Source: a virus. From it: a stretch of 16,028 bases of DNA. How positions within the stretch are numbered: position 1 is the first letter of the stretch; each line of letters begins with the position of its first letter. The notes beneath the pieces are model-generated. The model was not told the origin of the DNA and did not search any database. It was given only the letters and a program-made list of their open reading frames with translations. A program made the position numbers and the translations under genes. The stretch lies in UHGV virus genome UHGV-1911926. One strand, written 5' to 3'. Below, piece by piece: positions 7,271 to 15,120 of the stretch.

Positions 7271-8320
7271 ATGCTTAATACTGTAAAAATATCCAGTTGT
7301 GAGTTAATCAACGCCGACTGCCTGGAATTTATCCGGTCGTTACCCGAAAATTCTGTTGACCTGATAGTCACGGACCCGCCGTACTTTAAAGTGAAGCCTG
7401 AGGGCTGGGATAACCAGTGGAAGGGCGACGATGATTACCTGAAGTGGCTGGACCAGTGTCTGGCGCAGTTCTGGCGGGTGCTGAAACCTGCCGGAAGTCT
7501 TTACCTGTTCTGTGGTCATCGCCTGGCATCTGATATCGAAATCATGATGCGTGAACGCTTCAGTGTGCTGAACCATATTATCTGGGCGAAGCCGTCCGGA
7601 CGCTGGAACGGATGCAACAAGGAAAGCCTGCGGGCGTATTTCCCCGCCACAGAGCGCATTCTGTTCGCGGAACATTATCAGGGGCCGTATCGTCCGAAAG
7701 ATGCCGGGTATGCGGCGAAGGGCAGTGCACTGAAACAGCATGTGATGGCCCCGCTGATTTCTTACTTTCGTGATGCGCGCGCGGCCCTGGGGATAACGGC
7801 AAAACAGATTGCAGATGCCACAGGAAAGAAAAACATGGTGTCGCACTGGTTCAGTGCCAGTCAGTGGCAGCTACCGAATGAAAGCGATTATCTGAAATTA
7901 CAGGCGCTGTTTGCCCGGGTGGCAGAAGAGAAGCATCGGCGTGGTGAACTGGAAAAGCTCCACCACCAGCTGGTGGATACGTATACCTCACTGAACCGGC
8001 AGTATGCGGAGCTGCTGAGTGAATATAAACATCTGCGGCGGTATTTTGGCGTGACGGTGCAGGTGCCGTATACCGATGTGTGGACGCATAAACCGGTGCA
8101 GTTCTATCCCGGGAAACATCCGTGCGAAAAACCGGCAGAAATGCTGCAGCAGATAATCAGCGCAAGTAGCCGTCCTGGTGATCTGGTTGCGGATTTTTTC
8201 ATGGGGTCGGGTTCAACGGTAAAAGCGGCGATGGCACTGGGGCGTCGTGCGATTGGTGTTGAGCTGGAGACCGGACGTTTTGAGCAGACAGTCAGGGAAG
8301 TTCAGGATTTAATCGTTTGA
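7271..8320 (+). CDS. DNA methyltransferase, beta-class amino-MTase (DPPY motif IV near the N-terminus, FFMGSGST motif I near the C-terminus); likely N6-adenine (or N4-cytosine)
   Basis: 349-aa ORF with [10 protein letters not shown] and [10 protein letters not shown] motifs; motif order IV then I defines the beta class. Confidence 0.85.
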   Translation: MLNTVKISSCELINADCLEFIRSLPENSVDLIVTDPPYFKVKPEGWDNQWKGDDDYLKWLDQCLAQFWRVLKPAGSLYLFCGHRLASDIEIMMRERFSVLNHIIWAKPSGRWNGCNKESLRAYFPATERILFAEHYQGPYRPKDAGYAAKGSALKQHVMAPLISYFRDARAALGITAKQIADATGKKNMVSHWFSASQWQLPNESDYLKLQALFARVAEEKHRRGELEKLHHQLVDTYTSLNRQYAELLSEYKHLRRYFGVTVQVPYTDVWTHKPVQFYPGKHPCEKPAEMLQQIISASSRPGDLVADFFMGSGSTVKAAMALGRRAIGVELETGRFEQTVREVQDLIV

Positions 8321-8369
8321 AACGGATGAGATTGCAGAATTAATTACGCACCATTATTATTCTGCTCCC

Positions 8370-8445
8370 GGCCCTTTAGCTCAGTGGTGAGAGCGAGCGA
8401 CTCATAATCGCCAGGTCGCTGGTTCAAATCCAGCAAGGGCCACCA
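8370..8445 (+). tRNA. tRNA with CAU anticodon (Ile2-lysidine or Met), ileZ-like
   Basis: Manual fold: acceptor GGCCCTT/AAGGGCC, D-arm GCTC..GAGC, anticodon loop CTCATAA, T-arm GCTGG-TTCAAAT-CCAGC, discriminator A, encoded CCA. Confidence 0.8.
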
Positions 8446-8452
8446 TCACATA

Positions 8453-8529
8453 CCGCCATTAGCTCATCAGGAAAGAGCGCCAGCCTTCGAAGCTGGTTGC
8501 GCGGAGTTCGGGTCCCCGAAGGCGGTCCA
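8453..8529 (+). tRNA. tRNA-Arg (UCG anticodon), atypical
   Basis: Manual fold: anticodon stem CCAGC/GCTGG with loop CTTCGAA, D-arm GCTC..GAGC. Acceptor has one A-A mismatch, T-stem one A-C mismatch, T-loop TTCGGGT lacks the usual A58. Encoded CCA. Confidence 0.55.
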
Positions 8530-8542
8530 TTATCTGTATCCT

Positions 8543-8619
8543 GCGTTGTTAGCTCAGCCGGACAGAGCAATTGCCTTCTAAGCAATCGGTCACTGGTTCG
8601 AATCCAGTACAACGCGCCA
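8543..8619 (+). tRNA. tRNA-Arg (UCU anticodon), argO-like
   Basis: Manual fold: acceptor GCGTTGT/ACAACGC, anticodon stem ATTGC/GCAAT with loop CTTCTAA, T-arm ACTGG-TTCGAAT-CCAGT, discriminator G, encoded CCA. Confidence 0.85.
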
Positions 8620-8664
8620 CACTTATTTTCCCTGGCTCGCTTTTGCGGGCTTTTTTTTAAATGT

Positions 8665-8879
8665 CTCACAATTCAGGCGGTTGACTGTTGTCTGGTTTGC
8701 GGGGAGTTTGTTAAAAGAAACTGGCATGGTGAATCCCCCTGTGCGGAGGGGCAATCAGCGAGTAGGTATATGGGATAATCGCGGATTCAGGTGCTGGTAC
8801 TGAATTCACCGGGAGGCACCCGGCACCATGCAATGGCACATAGCGCCACTCTCCAGCCCCTCTCCGGAGGGGCTTTTCT
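8665..8879 (+). repeat. Non-coding module A (CTCACAATTCAG..TTGAC..GCATGGTGAATCCCCCTG.GCGGAGGGGC..-10-like..CACCGGGAGGCACCCGGCACCATG..terminator CCCCTC-TCCG-GAGGGG+CTTTTCT at 8857-8879)
   Basis: Homologous to module B at 9133..9366; conserved hairpins and terminator, no conserved ORF. Confidence 0.5.
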
Positions 8880-9068
8880 GTGCCGGATACATCACAGTTT
8901 CTGGAACCTTAGGTACTACAGTATCAGTCAGGGTGCTATATTTTCAGATGTGATGAAAGCCTGTCAGCAGGCAGGGCGTATCGGAAATGACCCAGTAGAG
9001 AAAACGTTGACTCAGATACCGGTGCTGAGTTACCGGGAAACCGGCATCACATGACCGCTATCCTTCCA

Positions 9069-9096
9069 GGCCCATCCGCTCCGGTGGGCCTTTTTA
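9069..9096 (+). terminator. Intrinsic terminator (GGCCCA-loop-TGGGCC + TTTTTA)
   Basis: Seen directly between the two non-coding modules. Confidence 0.5.
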
Positions 9097-9132
9097 CTGC
9101 AGAAAACAGGTTCCCCGTTAAATGCTATGTTG

Positions 9133-9366
9133 CTCACAATTCAGTAAGTTGACAGTTGCCTGTCAGACTGGGCATTTGTTAAAAAAATTTCGCATGGTGA
9201 ATCCCCCTGAGCGGAGGGGCGACTGGTGACGGTATAATCTCTGATTATCAAAACGAGAATGACGCGGGTTTAGTGGCACCGGGCTGAACTCACCGGGAGG
9301 CACCCGGCACCATGTGCATGATGATACAGATACGCGGCTTTAGCCCCTCTCCGGAGGGGTTTTCTT
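9133..9366 (+). repeat. Non-coding module B, paralog of module A; contains TTGACA (9149-9154), consensus TATAAT (9233-9238) and terminator CCCCTC-TCCG-GAGGGG+TTTTCTT (9344-9366)
   Basis: Alignable by eye to 8665..8879. Confidence 0.5.
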
Positions 9367-9372
9367 GTGGGC

Positions 9373-9401
9373 AAAAAAAGCCCGCGCTGGGAGACGCGGG
9401 C
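9373..9401 (-). terminator. Minus-strand intrinsic terminator (A-run on the plus strand followed by GCCCGCG-loop-CGCGGGC)
   Basis: Read on the minus strand this is a GC hairpin followed by a T-tract; sits back-to-back with the plus-strand terminator at 9344-9366. Confidence 0.45.
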
Positions 9402-9594
9402 GGCAAGGAATAAACAATAAAACGTGAAGTAATATTTCAGCTGGCGAATAATACCCCATAGTAATCACTCTGCGCAACTGCGCGGTCTTTTTCGAATTGC
9501 GGGCTGTCGTCTCTCTTCTGCCATTGTCCTGTAACTTCCGGACTTCAGCCCGCTCCTTATTTTACTCACAATATTATCCCGGCCGGGAGGATTC

Positions 9595-9822
9595 ATGGCA
9601 TTTAAACACTATGACGTGGTCAGGGCGGTATCGCCGTCAGACCTTGCGAAACGACTGACACAAAAACTGAAGGAGGGCTGGCAGCCGTTTGGTAGTCCGG
9701 TGGCCATAACCCCTTATACCCTGATGCAGGCGATTGCAGCAGAAGGTGATGTGGTGGTCAGTGGTGCAACTGAGCCGGATTGGTACTACGTCATCGTACT
9801 GGCCCGGCATTCCAGGCCATAA
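9595..9822 (+). CDS. Small hypothetical phage protein (75 aa)
   Basis: GGGAGG at 9582-9587 with ATG 9595; no family recognised. Confidence 0.5.
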   Translation: MAFKHYDVVRAVSPSDLAKRLTQKLKEGWQPFGSPVAITPYTLMQAIAAEGDVVVSGATEPDWYYVIVLARHSRP

Positions 9823-10090
9823 AAGACAGTCTGGCAGTGGGACTAAATGCACTGACGCTGATGGATATTACCAAAAATGTAACGTATGGCGTTGAGATAG
9901 AAAGTCTGGCGCTGGAGATAAATGCACCGGCATCATCATAAAAAGTGAGCCAGTCAAATGGAAGGTATCGTTAAACTCACCGGTAGTGTCAGTGGGTCGT
10001 CTGAGACGCTTGCATGAGTTATCAGAGCCATCAGTAGTTAACTGGTGGCTTTTTTATTGTTTTCAGCTTCCGGATAACGGGAGACGGGGT

Positions 10091-10290
10091 ATGGACCAGA
10101 TGGAAAAAATCACAACAGGTGTGTCATACACCACGTCAGCGGTGGGAACGGGCTACTGGTTCCTGCAGTTGCTGGACAGGGTTTCCCCGTCTCAGTGGGC
10201 GGCAATAGGCGTGCTGGGGAGTCTGCTGTTTGGGCTGCTGACATATCTGACTAACCTGTATTTCAAAATCAGAGAGGACCGTCGTAAGGC
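10091..10290 (+). CDS. Class II (S21-like) pinholin, 3'-truncated by the assembly gap
   Basis: [66 protein letters not shown] is paralogous to the holin at 12916..13131; ATG 10091 preceded by GGGAGACGGGG. The reading frame runs into the N-run. Confidence 0.6.
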
Positions 10291-10300
10291 NNNNNNNNNN
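10291..10300. other. Assembly gap (10 N), likely a scaffold join of unknown true length
   Basis: Run of N; the flanking genes are both truncated and not in a biologically expected order. Confidence 1.
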
Positions 10301-10640
10301 ACGTTGGGGGGCATGGGTGGCAAATAATCACGAGGATGTCACCTGGTCGTCTATTGCTGCAGGATTTAAAGGACTAATCCCTTCAAAAGTAAAATCCCGC
10401 CCGCAATGTTGTGACGATGATGCGATGATCATTTGTGGGTGCATGGCTCGCCTGAAAAAGAACAACAGCGATTTGCACGATTTATTAGTGGATTATTATG
10501 TAGGTGGTATGACGTTTATGGCGCTTGCCCGTAAACATGGGCGTTCTGATTGCTGGGTTGGGCGTTTATTGCAAAAGGCTGAAGGTGTAGTTGATGGCAT
10601 GTTAATGATGTTAGAAATTGAGCTAGAGATGGATCGTTAG
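10301..10640 (+). CDS. Antiterminator Q, QuuD-like, 5'-truncated by the gap
   Basis: Frame is open from the first base after the N-run ([53 protein letters not shown]...); matches my recollection of DLP12 QuuD. The track start at 10317 (GTG) is internal. Confidence 0.65.
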
Positions 10641-10682
10641 AAGACCTCTTATTGAGGGGGTAATTGAATCAGTTTAATGTGT

Positions 10683-10712
10683 GGGGAGTCGATTTATTCT
10701 CCCCATTTTATT
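10683..10712 (+). terminator. Hairpin GGGGAG-loop-CTCCCC followed by ATTTTATTT
   Basis: Seen directly between the Q fragment and the convergent lipoprotein gene. Confidence 0.4.
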
Positions 10713-10724
10713 TAATTAATTTAC

Positions 10725-11171
10725 TTAAGGTTTTAATTCATCAAGACGTTGTTGGATAGTGTTTTTGCTTGCGTTGTCTGTTATAGCCATTTGTTGTACT
10801 TGCCCCATTGCCATTTGAGTTTCCATCCACATATCGGCCCACACTTTTGTATCGTTATTAACTTGAGCGATAGTAAATCTGACTTTTGATACCGGGGTTG
10901 TTGAATAGGCATTGCCGATTAACATTTGTCCAAAAACAGCAGACCCGCCTTCCAGTTCTTTACCACATATAACACTGCTGTTATCAGCGTTGTAAATTAT
11001 CAACCCTCTACTATTGCAGTAATTCACAAGGGCATCTTTGACTTTATCTTTTGTCGTATTTTGATAAACCCCCTCAGGTTTTCCTGATTGAGTTTTTTTT
11101 ATCAATGGTACGGAAGAAGTACAACCTGAAATGATAGTTGCGCTAAGTAATAGTACAGTCATTTTATTCAT
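10725..11171 (-). CDS. Putative lipoprotein (148 aa; signal peptide with lipobox IISGC), AT-rich moron
   Basis: Minus-strand ORF with N-terminal MNKMTVLLLSATIISGC; lower GC than surrounding phage genes. Confidence 0.65.
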   Translation of the reverse strand: MNKMTVLLLSATIISGCTSSVPLIKKTQSGKPEGVYQNTTKDKVKDALVNYCNSRGLIIYNADNSSVICGKELEGGSAVFGQMLIGNAYSTTPVSKVRFTIAQVNNDTKVWADMWMETQMAMGQVQQMAITDNASKNTIQQRLDELKP

Positions 11172-11297
11172 GTTTCTTATCCATTGTTAAGGGCATACCT
11201 ACACAATTATTTTTATTGGAGATGAATAATCAACCGTTTACAATCGTAAAAAATCAAATATGCTGTTAAGAGTGGTTACTTCGCCACACAACTTAAA

Positions 11298-11319
11298 CCC
11301 GCCGCTGAGCGGTTTTTTT
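11298..11319 (+). terminator. Intrinsic terminator (GCCGC-TGA-GCGGT + TTTTTTT), homolog of 6781..6803
   Basis: Seen directly; the downstream ~120 bp is alignable to 6800..6922. Confidence 0.5.
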
Positions 11320-11441
11320 GTACCTGTAAACTTGGTGCAGTACAGTAAACACGCTGGTGGTCGTGAATACTGACCTTTTATCTTGCTGGCTTTTTAGACA
11401 AGAGTTATTGGTATGTCATGTTAACCAGAAGGGAAAAAGAC

Positions 11442-11645
11442 ATGCTAAAACAGCAAGATATGACAGAAACCGCCGCCGCAGTCCTTCATTTCTTACCTGC
11501 TGACAAGTGGGTAACGCCACGCATGATGACGAGAACTACCGGAGTAAGCGAAGCCCGGTGCCAGTTAATACTGACTCAGTTAGTTCTGGCGGGTCTGGCG
11601 AAGGATAACGGCGGATACGGGAATAAATTCAGACGCTGCCAGTAA
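11442..11645 (+). CDS. Small hypothetical protein, paralog of 6923..7120
   Basis: Start chosen at the second ATG (MLKQQDMTETA) by analogy with copy 1; RBS AGAAGGGAAAAAG. Stop lies in a hairpin loop as in copy 1. Confidence 0.5.
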   Translation: MLKQQDMTETAAAVLHFLPADKWVTPRMMTRTTGVSEARCQLILTQLVLAGLAKDNGGYGNKFRRCQ

Positions 11646-11795
11646 TGGCGGTTTCCTGCTGTGAAAATGGGCGGCTGGTGGGTGTTGGTAGCACCTGCCA
11701 GCCATTCGCTCATGCTTACTGGTCACAAGCGAACCACGGCCCACTGCTTTAGCGCAAAAGCAGAGTGAGCCTACCAGAGTTACGCTTACTGATCC

Positions 11796-12848
11796 ATGAA
11801 AAATACTGTAAAAATAAACAGTGTTGATTTAATCAACGCTGATTGCCTGCATTTTATTCAGTCCCTGCCTGATGATTCCATTGACCTGATTGTTACCGAT
11901 CCGCCGTACTTCAAGGTGAAACCCAACGGCTGGGACAATCAGTGGAAAGGGGACGAAGATTACCTTAAGTGGCTGGACCACTGTCTGGCCCAGTTCTGGC
12001 GGGTGTTAAAACCTGCCGGAAGCCTTTACCTGTTCTGTGGGCATCGCCTGGCATCTGATATTGAGATCATGATGCGTGAACGTTTCAACGTGCTTAACCA
12101 TATCATCTGGGCGAAGCCGTCCGGACGTTGGAATGGGTGTAATAAAGAAAGTCTGCGCGCATATTTTCCTGCCACAGAGCGCGTTCTGTTTGCTGAACAT
12201 TACCAGGGGCCATATCGCGGCAAAAGTGACGGCTATGCGGCAAAAGAAAGGGAACTCAAACAGCACATAATGGCACCGCTGATATCGTATTTCAGGGATG
12301 CTCGTGCCGAACTGGGTATAACGGCAAAACAAATTGCCGAAGCCACAGGTAAGAAAAATATGGTTTCCCACTGGTTTGGTGCCAGTCAGTGGCAGTTGCC
12401 GAATGAGGCTGACTATCGGAAGTTACAGGCACTGTTTTCCCGTATAGCGGCAGAGAAGTTTCAGGAACAACAACTGGAACAACCACACCACCAGCTGGTG
12501 GCATCTTATGATTCACTGAATCGCAAATATTCTGAATTGCTGGATGAGTTTAAATCTCTCCGGCGCTATTTCTCCGTATCAGTCTCCGTGCCTTATACCG
12601 ATGTCTGGATGCATAAACCCGTTCAGTTCTACCCGGGTAAACATCCGTGTGAGAAACCGGCGGATATGCTCAGGCAAATAATCAATGCCAGTAGTCGACC
12701 TGGTGATCTGGTTGCTGATTTTTTTATGGGATCCGGTTCCACAATAAAAGCAGCAATGGCGCTGGGGCGTCGGGCCTTAGGTGTTGAGCTTGAGTCAGAG
12801 CGGTTTAACCAGACAGTGAAAGAGATAAACGAGCTGGTGGGGAAATAA
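11796..12848 (+). CDS. DNA methyltransferase, beta-class amino-MTase, paralog of 7271..8320
   Basis: DPPYF and FFMGSGST motifs; high identity to copy 1 with a divergent central segment (roughly residues 215-260). Confidence 0.85.
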   Translation: MKNTVKINSVDLINADCLHFIQSLPDDSIDLIVTDPPYFKVKPNGWDNQWKGDEDYLKWLDHCLAQFWRVLKPAGSLYLFCGHRLASDIEIMMRERFNVLNHIIWAKPSGRWNGCNKESLRAYFPATERVLFAEHYQGPYRGKSDGYAAKERELKQHIMAPLISYFRDARAELGITAKQIAEATGKKNMVSHWFGASQWQLPNEADYRKLQALFSRIAAEKFQEQQLEQPHHQLVASYDSLNRKYSELLDEFKSLRRYFSVSVSVPYTDVWMHKPVQFYPGKHPCEKPADMLRQIINASSRPGDLVADFFMGSGSTIKAAMALGRRALGVELESERFNQTVKEINELVGK

Positions 12849-12915
12849 TCTGGTGGCCACGTCAGGTGGCCTTTTTATTTCCATTACACAGCACCCGCAT
12901 CTGCGAGGTGGGGTT

Positions 12916-13131
12916 ATGAAATCCATGGATAAGTTAACAACGGGTGTCGCCTATGGCACCTCCGCAGGCAGTGCTGGCTACTGGTTTTTACAGTGGCTTG
13001 ATCAGGTCAGTCCGTCACAGTGGGCTGCGATTGGTGTACTGGGGAGTCTGGTTCTGGGCTTCCTGACTTATCTGACAAATCTGTACTTCAAAATCAGAGA
13101 AGACAAGCGTAAGGCTGCACGGGGAGAGTAA
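12916..13131 (+). CDS. S: Class II holin (phage 21 S21-type pinholin) with dual-start motif MKSMDK
   Basis: [71 protein letters not shown] matches my recollection of S21; RBS GAGGTGGGG. The track start 12853 is an upstream extension. Confidence 0.85.
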   Translation: MKSMDKLTTGVAYGTSAGSAGYWFLQWLDQVSPSQWAAIGVLGSLVLGFLTYLTNLYFKIREDKRKAARGE

Positions 13132-13135
13132 TTCA

Positions 13136-13480
13136 ATGACTCAAAACTATGAACTGATTGTGAAAGGGATCCGCAATTTTGAGAATAAAGTTACGGTAAC
13201 TTTAGCGTTACGGGACAAAAAACGCTTTGACGGTGAAATTTTTGACCTGGACATCTCGCTGGACCGTGTTGAAGGTGCTGCGCTGGAGTTTTATGAGGCA
13301 GCGGCCAGAAGGAGCATCAGACAGGTCTTCCTGGATGTCGCTGCCGGGTTATGTGAAGGGGATGAGCAGTCGCCGGAAAAGCGCCCCGTAATTTTAGAGG
13401 CGCAGAATGTATGGATAACCTACAAAGGAAAGCTACCGGGAAGGATTACTGGTTCCCTGAAGACTCCGCCGAAATGGTAG
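13136..13480 (+). CDS. Hypothetical protein (114 aa) between holin and endolysin
   Basis: GGGGAGAG RBS with ATG 13136; no family recognised. Confidence 0.5.
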   Translation: MTQNYELIVKGIRNFENKVTVTLALRDKKRFDGEIFDLDISLDRVEGAALEFYEAAARRSIRQVFLDVAAGLCEGDEQSPEKRPVILEAQNVWITYKGKLPGRITGSLKTPPKW

Positions 13481-13718
13481 TTTTGCCAGCATAATTTTCT
13501 TCCAGCAATGCCGCCAGCCACTTGAAAGAATTTTGTTGTTCCTGGGACCATTTGGGGTTGCGTGATTCAAAATGAATGGATGCCAGCGTTGGCAGCATTT
13601 GCTCCCTGGGAATTGATAAGGCCAGATGTGAAAATGCAACAGTGAGGGCATTTACATCATCCCGAAGCCTGGAAATGCAGTCGAGCAACTCCTGTAGAGA
13701 AATGGTGCTATTGTCCAT
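13446..13718 (-). CDS. Hypothetical protein (90 aa), convergent with 13136..13480
   Basis: Minus-strand ORF with AAGAGGA RBS 7 nt upstream of its ATG (plus-strand 13716-13718); 3' ends of the two genes overlap by 35 bp. Confidence 0.5.
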   Translation of the reverse strand: MDNSTISLQELLDCISRLRDDVNALTVAFSHLALSIPREQMLPTLASIHFESRNPKWSQEQQNSFKWLAALLEENYAGKTTISAESSGNQ

Positions 13719-13823
13719 AAATAATCCTCTTGATTGTCTTTACCTTTTCCCCGCCTGATTCAACAGGCCGGGACAGATAAACATATCCAGGGTTCAGAAA
13801 CCGATAAATCCTGATAAATATCC

Positions 13824-14357
13824 ATGAACGCAAAAATCAAATACGGCCTGTCAGCTGCAGTTCTGGCGCTGATTGGAGCAGGCGCATCAGCTCCTCAGAT
13901 ACTTGACCAGTTTCTGGATGAAAAAGAGGGTAACCACACTACGGCATACCGCGATGGTTCCGGCAACTGGACCATCTGTCGGGGGGCCACGATGGTGGAT
14001 GGAAAACCCGTTTTTCCCGGTATGAAACTGTCGAAGGAAAAATGCGACCAGGTCAACGCCATTGAGCGTGATAAGGCGCTGGCATGGGTGGAGAAAAACA
14101 TCAAAGTGCCATTGAGCGAACCCCAGAAAGCGGGGATCGCGTCATTCTGTCCGTACAACATTGGTCCCGGTAAGTGTTTCCCGTCGACGTTTTATAAACG
14201 AATTAATGCAGGTGATCGCAGGGGAGCGTGTGAGGCGATTCGCTGGTGGATTAAGGACGGTGGCAGAGACTGCCGTATTCGTTCAAACAACTGCTACGGT
14301 CAGGTATCCCGTCGTGACCAGGAGAGCGCGCTGGCGTGCTGGGGTATCGACAGATAA
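13824..14357 (+). CDS. R: Phage lysozyme R (T4-lysozyme-like GH24 muramidase) with N-terminal SAR (signal-anchor-release) domain
   Basis: Catalytic E-x8-D-x5-T triad (EGNHTTAYRDGSGNWT); weakly hydrophobic Gly/Ala-rich N-terminal segment YGLSAAVLALIGAGASA. Confidence 0.85.
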   Translation: MNAKIKYGLSAAVLALIGAGASAPQILDQFLDEKEGNHTTAYRDGSGNWTICRGATMVDGKPVFPGMKLSKEKCDQVNAIERDKALAWVEKNIKVPLSEPQKAGIASFCPYNIGPGKCFPSTFYKRINAGDRRGACEAIRWWIKDGGRDCRIRSNNCYGQVSRRDQESALACWGIDR

Positions 14358-14448
14358 GCAGAATATTTTGCTGAAAAATAAGGCATGGCCACGCGGGCGG
14401 ATAACATGAAATCCTGCGAAGTGGCGAAACGTAAGTGAATAAAAGTAA

Positions 14449-14486
14449 AAACCCCGTTTGTTGGCACCAAGCGGGGTTTTGTGTTT
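14449..14486 (+). terminator. Terminator-like hairpin (AAACCCCG-15 nt loop-CGGGGTTT, then TGTGTTTCC)
   Basis: Seen directly between R and Rz; the long loop lowers confidence. Confidence 0.35.
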
Positions 14487-14555
14487 CCTGACTCCGGAAA
14501 AGTCAAAGGAGAAAGTGTGTTTGATTTTAGCAAACTGATTCGGGAGATTCGAGTG

Positions 14556-14654
14556 ATGGCTGAAAAATTATCCACCTGGAAGTTCATTCTTATCTGGCTG
14601 GTGTTTGTGATTATGGCCTCTGGTTATTTCATCGGTCAGATACGCTGGTGGTGA
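14556..14654 (+). CDS. Possible small hydrophobic protein (32 aa; [32 protein letters not shown])
   Basis: Not in the ORF track (under 60 aa). GGGAG at 14542-14546, ATG 14556, stop TGA 14652-14654 immediately before the Rz start. Confidence 0.3.
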   Translation: MAEKLSTWKFILIWLVFVIMASGYFIGQIRWW

Positions 14655-14655
14655 A

Positions 14656-15120
14656 ATGAACCGCGTACTGTGCGTGGTCATCATTGCCCTGCTGGTGGCC
14701 TGTGGTGCGCTTAGTCTGGGGCTGAATCATTACCGTGATAACGCCATTACCTACAAAGCCCAGCGCGACAAAAATGTCAGAGAACTGAAGCTGGCGAACG
14801 CGGCAATTACTGACATGCAGATGCGTCAGCGTGATGTTGCTGCGCTCGATGCAAAATACACGAAGGAGTTAGCTGATGCGAAAGCTGAAAATGATGCTCT
14901 GCGTGATGATGTTGCCGCTGGTCGTCGTCGGTTGCACATCAAAGCAGTCTGTCAGTCAGTGCGTGAAGCCACCACCGCCTCCGGCGTGGATAATGCAGCC
15001 TCCCCCCGACTGGCAGACACCGCTGAACGGGATTATTTCACCCTCAGAGCGCGACTGATAATAATGCAAAAACAACTTGAAGGGGCACAGCTATACATTC
15101 GAGAGCAATGCCTCAGATAA
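14656..15120 (+). CDS. Rz: Rz i-spanin (inner-membrane spanin subunit), lambda-Rz-like
   Basis: Near-identical to my recollection of lambda Rz over most of its length ([17 protein letters not shown]...[45 protein letters not shown]). Confidence 0.9.
   Translation: MNRVLCVVIIALLVACGALSLGLNHYRDNAITYKAQRDKNVRELKLANAAITDMQMRQRDVAALDAKYTKELADAKAENDALRDDVAAGRRRLHIKAVCQSVREATTASGVDNAASPRLADTAERDYFTLRARLIIMQKQLEGAQLYIREQCLR
14876..15058 (+). CDS. Rz1: Rz1 o-spanin lipoprotein, embedded in the +1 frame of Rz
   Basis: [23 protein letters not shown]... with lipobox VVGC and a Pro-rich segment; AGGAG RBS upstream; classic embedded architecture. Confidence 0.85.
   Translation: MRKLKMMLCVMMLPLVVVGCTSKQSVSQCVKPPPPPAWIMQPPPDWQTPLNGIISPSERD

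Noticed and set aside
7096-7278. ORF 7096..7278 spanning the 12-bp hairpin
   Set aside because: The frame runs through conserved terminator and hairpin structures and has no RBS; more likely a structured leader.
7340-7846. Minus-strand ORFs within methyltransferase 1 (7340..7846, 7578..7802) and methyltransferase 2 (12006..12371, 12292..12516), and plus-strand 12076..12270
   Set aside because: Antisense or alternative-frame ORFs inside genes with strong motif support.
8424-8778. ORFs 8424..8669(-) and 8497..8778(+)
   Set aside because: They overlap the three tRNA genes and their terminator region.
8791-9054. ORF 8791..9054 and short ORFs through the repeat modules
   Set aside because: Reading frames are not conserved between the two homologous modules while the hairpins are; no RBS.
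8650-9401. Possible CRISPR array
   Set aside because: The repeats are long (~220 bp) tandem modules with internal hairpins, not short regularly spaced direct repeats with unique spacers; no cas genes in the window.
9637-9852. Minus-strand ORF 9637..9852
   Set aside because: Antisense to the RBS-supported plus-strand ORF 9595..9822.
9986-10090. Upstream extension of the holin ORF from 9986
   Set aside because: The paralogous holin starts at the equivalent of 10091 and the RBS lies directly upstream of that ATG.
13433-13758. ORFs 13433..13651(-) and 13576..13758(+)
   Set aside because: Alternative frames overlapping the RBS-supported minus-strand gene 13446..13718.
13895-14587. ORFs 13895..14161(-), 14161..14409(+), 14300..14587(-)
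   Set aside because: Overlap the endolysin gene or the structured R-Rz intergenic region; no supporting signals.
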